A stretch of 64,000 nt of DNA from the human T2T-CHM13v2.0 reference genome, Homo sapiens: assembly GCF_009914755.1 (NCBI RefSeq), contig NC_060926.1; one strand, written 5' to 3'. The position numbers and the translations under genes are program-made. Numbering within the stretch: the stretch's first letter is position 1; each line of letters begins with the position of its first letter. Under the pieces are notes generated by a model that saw only the letters and a list, made by a program, of their open reading frames with translations, had not been told where the DNA came from and searched no databases. This document shows, in pieces, positions 11,902-33,065 of this stretch.

Positions 11902-12521
11902 GTAAAGGGCAGGCTGCATCTTCATCCCTCGGAGTGATGACGGGGAAGGCCTGCCTTCTCAGAGGGCAGGTCTTGTTGACATTGAATGCACAGCTGTGAC
12001 CTTCTCCCAAAGTGGAGGTTAAGACTCCAGGGCTCTGTCACTCAAGCCTCAGATTTCTCCGCTGCAAAACCTGGGAACCACAGGAACTCAACATCCTGAG
12101 GGGTGTAGCGTATGGGGCAGGGGCTGAGGATGGCAAAGGGGCTGAGGATGGCAAAGGGGAAAAATGTCAGGAGAGCTGGGGGTGCAGGCAGAGGCTCCAG
12201 GCTCTACAGCCGCCATGGAGCTGTGCCCCTTCTGCTCCATCCACGGCTGCTGCTTCCCCACCTCAGCTGTGGCCCACTTGTCTCTTCTTGGCCCCCAAGC
12301 TTCTCCTCTCTGCCTCCTGCTGCCTGTCACTGGGCTTTCTTATTCTTATCCTCACCTCCAGAGCCTGTGCTTCAGTTGGGTACTGAGCTGGCACCAGCTG
12401 GACGGTGTTTCTAGGCCTCTCAAGAGCCCTGCCCCTGTGAGTGCAAAAGTGAGATTTTTCAGACACATTTCTTGAGCAAGTTTTCTTTCTCATAAGCTAG
12501 ATATTCTATTATGTTTTATGG

Positions 12522-12695
12522 TTTTTTTTTTTTTTCAATTTTTTTAGAGACAAATTCTCTGTGTCACCCAGGCCCGAATGCAGTGGTGCCAGGACAGGAT
12601 AGCTCACTGTAGCCTTGGCCTCCCGGGATCAAGTGATCCTCCCACCTTCGTCTCCCAAAGCTTGGGATTACAGGAGTAAGCCACTGTACTCGGCC
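12522..12695 (-). mobile_element. Alu monomer (FAM/FRAM-like or internally deleted AluJ)
   Basis: polyT, gtcacccaggc...gatcctcccacct...gggattacaggagtaagccactgtactcggcc; single arm only. Confidence 0.75.
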
Positions 12696-13045
12696 TCTGT
12701 TACTATTTCAATTCACTAAAGGAGACATCGAGGCTTAGAAACATTCTAGCAAATTCTCCCAGCATGGCTAGAACTTCCACATAACTATGTAATTCCAGAA
12801 GGACCAAGAATCTGTGGAATACCACCAGCTATTTTAGCCTGCCTGTTCTCGACAGCATTTACCTAAGAGTTGAGAGATCAGTGCAGCCCCCAGATGGACC
12901 AAAGACAGGCTGAACATTCAGATAGCCCAGCCATGGGGGAGGTCTGGCAGTTAAGGATAACTCATTTATTAAACAGTAATGCCCTTGGGTCTCTCTTGGG
13001 AAGGCAAAGCAGGGCACCTGATCAGGGCAGTGTCTCTCCTTCCAG

Positions 13046-13144
13046 GCCCTGCAGGTGTGAAGGGAGAACAGGGGAGCCCAGGGCTGGCAGGTCCCAAGGG
13101 AGCCCCTGGACAAGCTGGCCAGAAGGGAGACCAGGGAGTGAAAG
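13046..13144 (+). CDS. MARCO: MARCO collagen exon (99 bp)
   Basis: tccag|GCCCT...AAAG|gtaag; encodes (G)[32 protein letters not shown]. Confidence 0.96.
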
Positions 13145-13700
13145 GTAAGGCCTCTGCATCTGATTCCTTGGTTCTTAGGACTGTGCTTTACAGCCAGTTC
13201 TGTACCTTAAAATAGGAAAGGCGCTGTTTTAAGAGTTCTGGGGATTTTCAGAACCCAGGAGGGTAGAGGTTTATTTCCTTGATTGACAAGTCTTGTGCTG
13301 GGGCTTGCCCTAGGCATGGAGCACACAGCAGCGGGTTAGGCGCAGCTCTAGCATCCAAGGCAGGGGCGTGAACATGCACTTGAGCCATGCCCCACGACCC
13401 AACACTCCTAGGCAGTTTCCATGAAGGAGATGAGCCCATCCCACTCCATATCTCTGACCAGACCAAGCATCCCTCACCAATCTAACTTCAACCCCTCTTG
13501 CTGTAGCTCAGGCCCGTTTCTTCCTGCTCAGTCATTGACACCCGCAGGACATCCCATCCCCATAATGCCAGGCCACAGGCGAGACCCACGGAGCATCTGA
13601 CCACTCCCAACCCTCCACCCGCTCCCCACTCATGCAAATGCAGGCAAAGGCGTCCTGCCTGGGTTTCTTTCAAACCGTGTGGGTTTTCTCCTCATGACAG

Positions 13701-13745
13701 GATCTTCTGGGGAGCAAGGAGTAAAGGGAGAAAAAGGTGAAAGAG
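13701..13745 (+). CDS. MARCO: MARCO last collagen exon (45 bp)
   Basis: gacag|GATCT...AGAG|gtaat; encodes (G)SSGEQGVKGEKGER. Confidence 0.95.
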
Positions 13746-13929
13746 GTAATCACTATTTATATTATCTTTAATGTGTGCTTTAAAGTCAATTCTGCACCTG
13801 AAAATTGTGTGTGTTGGGGGAAGAGACCTTGGTTCTCAAATAAATTTCTCATTTTGGGGAGGAGTTGAGGGTCTAGTCCCTTGAATGAGCCTGCCCACGG
13901 CACAGAGCAGCAGTTTCTCTCCCCAGCCA

Positions 13930-14115
13930 CTCTCTCCCTTCCTTCCTTCTCTCCCTTCCTTCCCCCTTTCTCCTTCTTCCTTTCCTTTTCTCTCTCCCTC
14001 CCTCCCTTCCTCCCCTTTCCCTTCTTTCTTTCCTCTCCATCCCTCCTTCCTTTCCCTCTCTCTCTCCATTCTTTCCTTCCTTCCTTCTCTTTTCTCAGCT
14101 TTCCTTTTTTTCTCT
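13930..14115 (+). repeat. Polypyrimidine (CT-rich) low-complexity tract
   Basis: directly visible, in the intron before the first SRCR exon. Confidence 0.9.
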
Positions 14116-14392
14116 CCACAACACATGACAAGACGTGGTGTATGCGATTTGCAAACCAGCCACAGGGGCACCTGCCCCTGTGGCCTTGTGCCTGCAGGCC
14201 CCAGGTGCATGGAGGCTGCGTGCCAGGTTGGGTTGGCACTGTAAAGTGGGATCTTCCAGGCTCTGGTGACAGTCAAGCAGGGGCATTTCTTTTCCTTAAC
14301 TGTAGAACTCCAAAATGAAAAGAAAGAGCCCGCACTTACCCAAAGCCCCAAGGGGCCTTCCTTGCCTCTCCCATGTGTGTTTCTTCACCCAG

Positions 14393-14569
14393 GTGAAAAC
14401 TCAGTGTCCGTCAGGATTGTCGGCAGTAGTAACCGAGGCCGGGCTGAAGTTTACTACAGTGGTACCTGGGGGACAATTTGCGATGACGAGTGGCAAAATT
14501 CTGATGCCATTGTCTTCTGCCGCATGCTGGGTTACTCCAAAGGAAGGGCCCTGTACAAAGTGGGAGCTG
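14393..14569 (+). CDS. MARCO: MARCO SRCR domain exon 1 (177 bp)
   Basis: cccag|GTGAA...GCTG|gtaag; encodes ENSVSVRIVGSSNRGRAEVYYSGTWGTICDDEWQNSDAIVFCRMLGYSKGRALYKVGA, with SRCR motifs and the RGR ligand motif at 14434-14442. Confidence 0.98.
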
Positions 14570-15462
14570 GTAAGTGAGTCATCAGCCGGGGGCCTCTTCC
14601 CCAGAGGTGTGGATGTGGCTTTCTCTCGCTGGTGGGGTGTTGGCAAGTGACTCAGTGTGGTTTTCTTTAAAAGAAAAATATTGGTCCAAGCAACCAAAAA
14701 GCTCTGCAGTGCAGGGCTCCAGGTATGCATCCTTCCAGCTTGGCAACCCCAGCAGAAAGATGGCCTGTCTTCTCCAGCGCTGACAGTGAAGGCTGGCCTG
14801 GCTTCGGTCAAGGTCCATCCAGCCCTGGAGTCAGAATGCCACATGGCTGAGGGTGTTTGCCGCAGATGGCTCTCCAAAGGACAGCTGAGTTGATGCAACT
14901 GGAAGAACAGAGAGAAGATTCAGGGCAGGCAAACGCAGATGTTCACTCCAGCTGTCTGTGAACCAGCAGCCTGGATTGACCAGCAAGCAGTCTTGGCTGT
15001 GATCATCTTTAAAGAGAAGATGGGAAGGGAAGAGAAAGCAAATCAGAGCAGGGACTTACTAAAATGTGTGGAAAATGTCTTCGGATGCTGGAGACTCAGC
15101 CTATATCTTTCAGCCAAAAGTTCAAGCCTTGAGCAAAGAAGTTAAGTCCCCAGGCAGAACCCTTTTCTCTGGCTATAGGATCTGGCCCAGCAGGACATGA
15201 GGCCAGTTTCCCTTGCTCCCAGCCCCAAGTGCTCCCTGTCCTTACCCAAACCAAAGCAAATGCCCACTTTAGAGCAGGGCGATGGCTTGATTACAGAGGC
15301 ATGTGAGGCAGGTGGACGCAGCAGGAGTGAATTTGCAGGGAGGAAACTAAAGGACACCCGCCTAGGAAGATATTTCAAATAGTGTGGGGTTTAAGCATTA
15401 AAGATTTGCATGAGACTTTTGTCAAAGGGTAGAGAATAGAACGGAGGCAAAGTCATTATAAA

Positions 15463-15495
15463 AACAACAACAACAACAACAACAACAACAAAAAC
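15463..15495 (+). repeat. (CAA)n microsatellite
   Basis: directly visible. Confidence 0.9.
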
Positions 15496-15655
15496 AGGCT
15501 AAGCCAGCCATCAGCACATTGGGCCGGAATGGGCCAGAATGAGTGAGAAGTCGGCAGTCCACCTCAGATGGAAGCTCCCAGGCGCACACGTGGCTTCTTT
15601 GCTTTGACTCTAATCCTACCCTTCTTCCTCTGTCTCTTGCTTTCTCTCTATCAAG

Positions 15656-15789
15656 GCACTGGGCAGATCTGGCTGGATAATGTTCAGTGTCGGGGCACGG
15701 AGAGTACCCTGTGGAGCTGCACCAAGAATAGCTGGGGCCATCATGACTGCAGCCACGAGGAGGACGCAGGCGTGGAGTGCAGCGTCTGA
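15656..15789 (+). CDS. MARCO: MARCO terminal coding exon (SRCR C-terminal half)
   Basis: polypyrimidine tract and tcaag|GC; encodes [43 protein letters not shown]; stop TGA at 15787-15789. Confidence 0.98.
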
Positions 15790-15907
15790 CCCGGAAACCC
15801 TTTCACTTCTCTGCTCCCGAGGTGTCCTCGGGCTCATATGTGGGAAGGCAGAGGATCTCTGAGGAGTTCCCTGGGGACAACTGAGCAGCCTCTGGAGAGG
15901 GGCCATT

Positions 15908-15913
15908 AATAAA
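15908..15913 (+). terminator. MARCO: MARCO polyadenylation signal
   Basis: AATAAA about 120 nt after the stop, followed by a GT-rich downstream element (gtggctgagtgtcactgtgttc). Confidence 0.9.
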
Positions 15914-16623
15914 GCTCAACATCATTGGCTGTGGCTGAGTGTCACTGTGTTCATACCTCCCATCCCCATTGATGTGCCCACTCCATGCACCACAACATTT
16001 CATTGAATTCTCTCATGTCCGTAGCCAGGGGAAGGAGAGGTTGGAGGTGGTGAGGCAGAAGGTGAAGGTCACCTATGGTCAACCTTAGTCTTGACCATCT
16101 CTTCAGTCATTCAGACATAACATCTCTCATGGTGAGCTCTCTATCCCCCTTTTTGTCCTCCCCTGACAGTGACCTGGTAACATTCCAGCACACACATGAA
16201 CTCTCTTCATGCCCTATGCTGTGTGCTCCACCCTGACTCCACCTGCCCAACCGGTCCTTGCTCTCTCTCAGCGCCCTGCCTGCTGGGCTAAGCCCACTCT
16301 CCATGTTGCAAACCACATAGTAAGCCTGAAATCAGTCTTAGAGTCTCATTGATCTTTCCTTCCATACATGGGTGGGATTTACAGAATGGAAATATTTATC
16401 TGGAGTGACAGTAATCAAAAAAGTTTTCTGAAGAAAGCACAATTTGAACTGGACCTTAAAGGGTGGGGAGGATGTGACCCCTTCTTGGCATGCAGTGACT
16501 GTCACTCTAGGACCTGTAGGTATAAAAGGCTTCGTTTTCCTGAGCCTCTCCTGTGTCCCTTCTTGTGGCAACAACTCACTAACCATCTACTGAAAGAACA
16601 AAGAACACTAGGTATCAGCTTGT

Positions 16624-25759
<9,136 letters not shown>

Positions 25760-25762
25760 AGG

Positions 25763-26165
25763 TGTCAGGTTTTGACTGAGGTCTGAGGGGAATCAGTGGG
25801 CAAGTGGCAGGTAACTGGAAGAACACTCGAGGAATCGTAGGGAGTTTCGACATGGCTTTATTCTCTCTCTGGACACAAGCCAGCTGTGGGCACAAGTGAG
25901 CTGTGGGCACAAGTGAGCCATGGGCACAAGCAAGCCACGAGTGCAAGCTGTATGTACAGTGTCTGCAAGGTAGTTATACCTTTTACAGACAACAGTGGCT
26001 CCAAGCCTCACATGAGCACGTGTCAGTGGTTACATAATGTGCCTCACATGGCATGGTTACATAATGTTTGGAGTGGTGCACCTGCACTCCAAACCCACTG
26101 AGTCATGCTGCACCGGCAGGCTGCCTTGGCCTATTCCTGACTAAAGTGCAGGCATTTCCCTTACA
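25763..26165 (-). mobile_element. Solo LTR, LTR18 family (ERVL)
   Basis: - strand reads TGTAAGGGAAATGCCTGCACTTTAGTCAGG...AATAAAGCCATGTCGAAACT...AACCTGACA; TG...CA ends; internal ~17-bp tandem gctgtgggcacaagtga; 5-bp TSD ctagg at 26166-26170 and 16608-16612. Confidence 0.85.
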
Positions 26166-26249
26166 CTAGGGCATCACATAATATAAATAATATTATTCCC
26201 ATTTTATAAATGAGCAAACCCAGCCTCAGAGTGGGGAAGCAATGCAGTA

Positions 26250-26730
26250 TGCTGGCTGTGCTTTGCCCAGCTTATATTCATGGCACTAACAATGTAACTG
26301 CAGCTCCTTTCCCCAGAAGCAAGGTCTGCTTCCCACACCTTGACTCTGGGCTTGTCTCAAGACTTGCTTTGGCTAACAGAAAGTGGCAGAAGTGCTGGGA
26401 AGCAGTTCCAAGCCTGGGCCTCAAGGGACCTTGCACTCGCTTGCTGTCTCTTGGAATCCAAGCTACGTTATGAAAACAAGACTGGCTGGCCCATTAGCGG
26501 GGGAGTGAGCAGGTGGAGGGGGCCCAGTTGCCCCAGCTGAGGTCATTGTTCATCAGCCGGCTTACAGCTAACCACAGCTGTATTAGTAAGCCCAGCCGAG
26601 CTGGTCAAGCCCAGCCCACAGCAGAAGAACTACCTGCCCAACCAACCCACAAACTCTTGAGAAATCACAAATGGCTGTGGCTTACCACCACTAGGTTTGG
26701 GGGTGGCTTGTTATGCAGCAACTGATAAAA
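26250..26730 (+). mobile_element. MLT1-type MaLR LTR inserted into a MIR
   Basis: gacttgctttggctaacagaaagtggcagaagtg and 3' ggtttggggtggcttgttatgcagcaac; MIR halves at 26180-26235 and 26740-26800. Confidence 0.65.
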
Positions 26731-27619
26731 ATTAGTTTACAGAGGACACACAGCTAGGAAGGGCAGAGCTGGGATTCAAACCCAGGTCTGTCTGGCACCA
26801 ATAAGATTGAGAGAAAGGAGGGTTGCTGCTGCCGGCATCTCTGCCAGGTGACTCCTCCCATAAGCTCTCAGGCTGTGCTAAGCTGAAGAGATTTCTCTTG
26901 CAGATCCACAGGGGCTGCCGCATGCACATGACTGCTGTGTGTCAGGACACTGGTTTTGTGGGTGATGAGCAACTGGGTAAAATCAGCACTACAGCGTCAT
27001 CTGGGGCCACTGAATGTGAGGCATGGCCTCCACATGACTCTGTGGCAGGAGACGTGGCTGCACTGTCCACTTGAAATGTGTTTTCCCTCCTATGCTCCAT
27101 TCCTGGCTGCGGCCTGCAGCTCTGGGCAGACTGGCTGGGCAGGACAGAGATGGTAGGCCTCTCAAAAAAAACCCTGTGCACAAGCCCTCCTGCCACTCCC
27201 CCACCTAGCAGGGCACCCCGCAGGGCACTTCCCAGCAGCAGATCATAGTGGTGTGGCTGAGAACAAAAGTTCTGGACTCCAATGGCACAGGTTAGGGTCC
27301 CAGTGCTGCTGTGCAATGGCTCTGTCACCTGCACAAGAAAGGCATCAAGCCTCTCCAGGCCCAGTTTCCGTCCCTGTAAAATAAATAGTAACAGTTTCTT
27401 CCTCGTAGAGTTCTTGTGAGGATTCATTGAAATAATAAGCAAAAAGACAGCATTTAAAATGGTGTCTGGCACACAGTGGGCACTCAGCCTTTGTTGTAGT
27501 CATCCTTTAAGGCCCTTCCCAGCTCACCCCACCCCAACATTGGCCCCACTGAGCCCTCTGCACATGGCGGATGGGTCTTCTCAGGCCCTCCCATCAGCAC
27601 CAGGCTTGGGAGGTCTAGG

Positions 27620-28000
27620 ATAGTGAGTCTGTGGCTCCTCCAGAAGCCGACAGTGATGAAGTGAGGAGTGCAAGAGAAATATTGGGGGTAGCATCTGTGA
27701 AAGGGAAAACATGGAGGGAGCAGGATGAGCAGGAGAACCTCAGACTGTAATGCAGACATGCCCCCGACTTGGCCACATTGACAAGGAGACCCAGAGCAAG
27801 GATGGCCTCTCAGAGGGGTCCTCGGTGGGCAGGAGTTGCAGATCCTAGTGCCCTGCCCTGCCCTGCTTTGTCCCTGGCCGGGTGCTGCCCCAAATGCACA
27901 GCCTTGACTAAGGAGTGGAAGGGAGTCCTGAAGGTGCCGCCGAAAGGCTGGAGGCTCCCATGCTCTCTGTGGCCCGATGGCAGGTTCTCTCTAGAGGCCA
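27620..28000 (-). mobile_element. Degenerate ERVL LTR (LTR16/LTR33-like)
   Basis: ggctcctccagaagccgacagtga...gagtgcaagagaaatattggggg resembles the reverse-strand 3' end of these LTRs; boundaries approximate. Confidence 0.45.
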
Positions 28001-29235
28001 GAGATTCAGAAGCACTAGAGAGATTCAGAGAATCCCTGGCTGCTAGGTGGTTTGCTGAAAAGAGAGTGGGAGTTGAGATCAGATTCGGATCCCAGCACTA
28101 ATGACCAGCTGTGTGGCTTTGAGGATGCCACAAAGCCTCTCTGAATTTCTGTTTGTCATCTGTAAGGTGGGAATAATGATAATGAAAATACTGCCATCTG
28201 GAGTGACTGCTGTGCTCTTGGCACATACTGGGGACTGAATAACCGTAGCTTGATTAGAATAGCTTCTGATACCAAGCCTCATTCTTACCACGTCTCCACC
28301 CAGCATATCTTCCCTTCTTCCTTCCACTACTCCAGAATTCTCCACACTCTTTAAGTCCCAGGACAAATTGTGCCTCCTTTAGAAAATCTTTTTGATTGCT
28401 CTCACTTCAGATAAATATTTCGTTTCTCTTTATCCATATAGCCCACCCATGTAAAGAAGGAAAGTTCAGTGAGAATCTAAGACTTACTTACTATGTGGTT
28501 TGTAGCATGCTAGATGCTAGATGCATTGTATTTTTGCACTGAATACCCATGATCGTTTATATTCCTCTCAGCAACATTGAATGAAAAATTCCATTATTAT
28601 CTCCATTTCACAAATGTAAAAACTGAGGCTGAGAGAAATAAAATGATTTTCCTTTGGTCTTTAAAACTCATCTTCTGGTCTTTCAGTTTTAAATACATTT
28701 TTGCTTGCACCACGCTAGATTCAAGAGGCATTCAGAAAACATGCATTGTTGCAAAATGAATCAGACAGTATATAGGAATCTTTATTATTAAAATTGTACA
28801 CAAATAGCACTCACCTGATGGGGTTGTTGTAAGTCTGTGGGATTAGCCAGGTGATAAAGCCGACTTCAAGGAATTTGTTTAAACACTCTTCAGTTCCCCT
28901 TTGTGGCAGGGTAATCAGAAGTGAATAAGGCCAAGTCCTAGGAATATAAACCAAAAACTCACAAAAAGAGAGACTATAGGCTAGTAAACATATTTTTAAA
29001 TGTTTATCCTCACTTATAATAAAAGAAATGCAAAAAAAAAGAGAACACTTATTTGCATGTTAAATTGGCAATTTAAAAAAAATCCTTGATGTTGATGAGA
29101 CAGGAAGAAAACAGGCCCCAGTATCCACTGGAAATAGAAATAGAGATGGATTTTCAGTGAGGGAAAGGGGCAATATGGCAAGATGGAACCCAAGCTTTTT
29201 GAAACAAACAAAAAAAACTAATTGAAATGCCCACT

Positions 29236-29680
29236 GTATTGGTCAGCTATTGCTGTGTAACGAATCAAACTCAGATGGTAGGTTACAACAATTATTTATG
29301 CTCACCCACACATCTTTGGATCAGCTGGGGATTGGCTATCTAAGCTAGACTCCACTAAGCAGCTCTGCCTCAAGCCACAGGACCAGCTGGATTTGGCTCC
29401 TTGCTGTGGCTCAGGCTCAGGTCTGCTCCATCTGTCTTCTCTCTGGAGCTCTTCTGGTGAAAGTAGTGGATACAAAGGCAAGCAGGAAGACATTGATTTC
29501 TCCTAAGGCCTGGGCTCAGAAGTGGCACATTTCCCTGGTCAAAGCAAGTCACATGGTCAAGTCCAAAGTCAGAGCAGGGAAGTTCACTCCATCTAGAGTT
29601 GAAGGATGGTAAAACCACACGGAAAAGGGAGTGGACAGGAGGGGTACAGAACCAGGCTAATGAGACAATCTGCCAACCAC
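29236..29680 (-). mobile_element. MLT1 (H/I/J-like) LTR
   Basis: tgtattggtcagctattgctgtgtaac...ggtcaaagcaagtcacatggtcaagtccaaagtca. Confidence 0.7.
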
Positions 29681-30199
29681 AGAAGTACATGTGAGCTCCT
29701 CGGAGTATTGTGAAGAGCACTGTGGAGTCACACAAATGTGCCTTTAACTTATGTAAATTCTACTACCTGTGTTCAGAAACATGTAAAGAAAGCAGCCATT
29801 TAAGCAGTAGTCTAAAGTGCTATTTCATATGTATCTTCTTTATTATAGGCTACACATTATACCTTTACACATATACTTTAGTATACATGGTGTGTATATG
29901 AAACAAAGAACACTGTACTTTATGGATGACTTAAGAGGTTTTCCAAGGAATTTCACTTTATTTGACTATATGCGTGAGCTGAGATTTGCTTCTATTCTAG
30001 AGAAGAATTAGAAATAGCCAATGACTGACAGTAGAGGTTTGGTTAACTAAATGATAGTACGTTAAATGTAATTACAGACTCTTAACTATTATAAACCATA
30101 TTACAGAGGATGCTTAGGAATATGGGGAAGTATTCGTGATATATTTAAGGAAAAAAGTTGTAAAACAATATGTACAGAAGGACTACAATGAAATAAGAA

Positions 30200-30850
30200 C
30201 AGTTTCCTCCTTCTCCTTCACCGTCTCCACTCCAGATTCAATCCAGCACCAAAGACCTGTGAGTCTCCCTCGATGTTTCTTGGGTCTGTCCTCTTATCTC
30301 CCACCCCCAGCCACTCCACACCTACCCCTTCCATGCCCAAGCCACACCATTCGTGACCTAGAAGACTGCAATAGCCTCTGAACTGGTCTCTTTCCCTTCA
30401 ATCATGCTCCCTTCTATCCATTAGACCAAAAGAGCCAGAAGGACCTCAGATCTAGTCACTTCCCTTGTTTAAAACACTTCCAAGACCACCTGCTGCCATT
30501 ACAAGGAAGTCCCCACTCCCAGCCACAGTGGAAGAGGTCCTCGGTCATCTGGCCCTGATGACCTCTCAGCTTTCAGATCACCACTTTCCACCTACCCAGA
30601 ATTTACTCTCCAGCCTGAGGTCAACCTTAGTGTAAGTACCCAGAGTGCCTGTGGTCATTCATCTCTCCCTCCACCCTTTTTGTCCTGAGGCTCAAACACC
30701 TGGATTCTGCTTACGTGATGGTACTCAGCGAGGTCTGGAACTGCTGTTTCTCTCTGCTCTGAGGCAGGGGCCATATCTACCTTGCTACAACCCCATTGTT
30801 GAGTGCGGTGCATGGCACACAGCGTGTGTATATATATTTAATAAATGAAC
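30200..30850 (+). mobile_element. L2 LINE 3' fragment
   Basis: gactgcaatagcctctgaactggtctc...tttaaaacacttcca...catggcacacag...aataaatgaa. Confidence 0.55.
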
Positions 30851-32829
30851 TGTTTAAAAAATGTACACGCTGAGGGGAAAATTACAAAGAAATGGAGGAA
30901 AACACACCAAAATGTTTCTCTTTGGTAGAAGGATTATGATTGATTTTAATTTTATTTTTTATACTTTTCCATGGCTTGAGGGTTGTCTACCATGAGTGTA
31001 AGTTTATAAACAGAGAAAAATTGCCAGTTGAAGCCAACAATAAAAGTGCAATATGCATCATCGAAGAACCCAGAAACCTCCTCCTCCTGAGTTCAGGCTT
31101 TCGGTCTTGGTCGTCGTGGGTCTGCTGTGTGTCACTGGTGGGCGGGCCCATTCTAGGACAGGAGGTACAGTGTCCAGAGAACATGGATGCTGGGCGGGCT
31201 GAGAAGAGAAATGGGACTGAAGATTGGGGGAGAGAGAGATGGGGTGCAGGAGAGAACTTGATGTTTTAGAGCAAAATATAATACATCCTGTTTGTATGCT
31301 GATGGGAATGACCCAGTAGAGAGGGAGAAATCAATAATTCAAGAGAGAGGGCATAATTTCAGGAGCAGAGTTGTTATGAGGACGAGGGGGCAAAGGATCC
31401 TGAGCAATCGGTGGGAACAGGAATAGTTTTTCTAGTACAGCAGTAAGGAAGGCAAAGCTATGAATAAAGATGCAGTCACCAGTGGATCTGGTGGTGGGAA
31501 GATGAGGGATGAAGGAATTCTCATCTGAAAATTGCTTCTATTTTCTTAGAGGGCATGAGCCAAGGTCAGCAGCTGAGTGGATGGGGAGGAACAGGTGCTG
31601 GCGGGTTGTCAAGGGAAAAGGATCCAACTCTAGAGTGGGGAGGGTGTGCTGCCGCCTTTCCTGGAAGTGTTGGGGATCGTCAGGAGGCTATCGTTTGAGG
31701 GCTCACCCTGTGCCAGGCACACGCTTTCTCATGTAATCTGTAGAGCAACCTGCAAGGTAGATACTACAAGGACCATCTACGGATGAGGAGCTGTGTGTTC
31801 ACAGTTACACAGCTGGTAGGAGGCCGAGGCAGGATTTGAACACAGGTGTGTGTAGAGCTGAGTGGTCCTCCACTCATCCTGCTGAAGACACCTGCGCAGC
31901 ACCTTCACGTGCTTCCTCTCCTTCCTACCCAGCTGGGCACCAAGTCTTGCCGTGGCTAGCCTCCTGGTTAAGTCCCATTTCCTGAGAATGGCAAATTTGG
32001 GAGCTCTAATACATTGATGGCTACTGATAGTTTAATGTCCTAACCCAAGGGTTCTTCACTGCTTCATCCTGTGCCGCACCTCTGTTTTCCTTTGTACCGG
32101 TCACAACCGTGTCCCCAACCTCACTATCTCACGCTTGCATCTTCCCCACCGCAACTTAGCAGATATTGACACATGCCTACTCTCCATGAGGCACTGTGCT
32201 GAACACTGCTGATAGGAAGATCAGAGACCCAGTTCCTGCACCAAGGCTAGGATCCACAGAAAACCACGAGGAAATGTGATTTCAAAACAGTGATGAGTTA
32301 GGGTGGCCCAGGACGGTGAGGGCCAGCAGGGCCTCTGATGTGAACTCCTACCAGGCCCAGGGCCAGAGTGGGATTCCTTCCTGCACCCCGCTCCCGAACT
32401 CCATATAGTACAACCTTAATGAACACGGACAAAATTGCTTTGTCTCCTCAAAATAGCATTAAAGATAACACACGAAATTTGCAGGTCTGTTCAAATGCAT
32501 GTTAAAACAGTATTTTCCTGGATTTTCTGATTGCAGTGCTTGGATCAGCTGATGAGAGCTTTTCTCCACATCTCCACACCTTTTGGCGGGGCTTGGGAAG
32601 AACGTAGCAGGTGCTCCATGGCACACAGAAGGTGCTTGGTACACACGGATGCTTGGCCCCCGAGGAACCTGGCAAACCCTGGGCGGATGACTGGCTGTTG
32701 CAAGTAGTGGCAGGGCTGGAAACTGAGGAACAGCCTGGGGAAGGGGGAGTTTCACGTCGCTGGGCTCCACAAACATGACCTGGGGCTGCTCCACCCCTCT
32801 GTCCCTTCTGAGTAGAAGGGGGGCTTAGT

Positions 32830-33065
32830 CCAGTGGCGGCCGCGCCGCAGGAGGTTGCTTTCTCTCTCCCGGCACGCGGGGTCGCTGCAGGCCGTGCTCA
32901 GCCCTCCAGGAGCCGGCCGGTGTCCGCGCTCGCGGGCGGCTCTGGGACCGGGAGAGGCTGCGGCTCCCCGCTAAGGCTCCTGCGGCCGGCGCCTCCTGGA
33001 CCCACCCACCCACCTCGGAAGACAGACGCCTCTCTTCAGCTGTACCGGCCCCAGGCTCCGCCAAA
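32830..33065. promoter_or_regulatory. Small orphan CpG island
   Basis: very GC-rich with dense CpG (GCGGCCGC, ccgcgctcgcgggcggc) against CpG-poor flanks; no repeat recognised. Confidence 0.7.

Noticed and set aside
25882-25935. Short direct repeats resembling a CRISPR array
   Set aside because: Head-to-tail ~17-bp units without unique spacers, inside an LTR18; eukaryotic context
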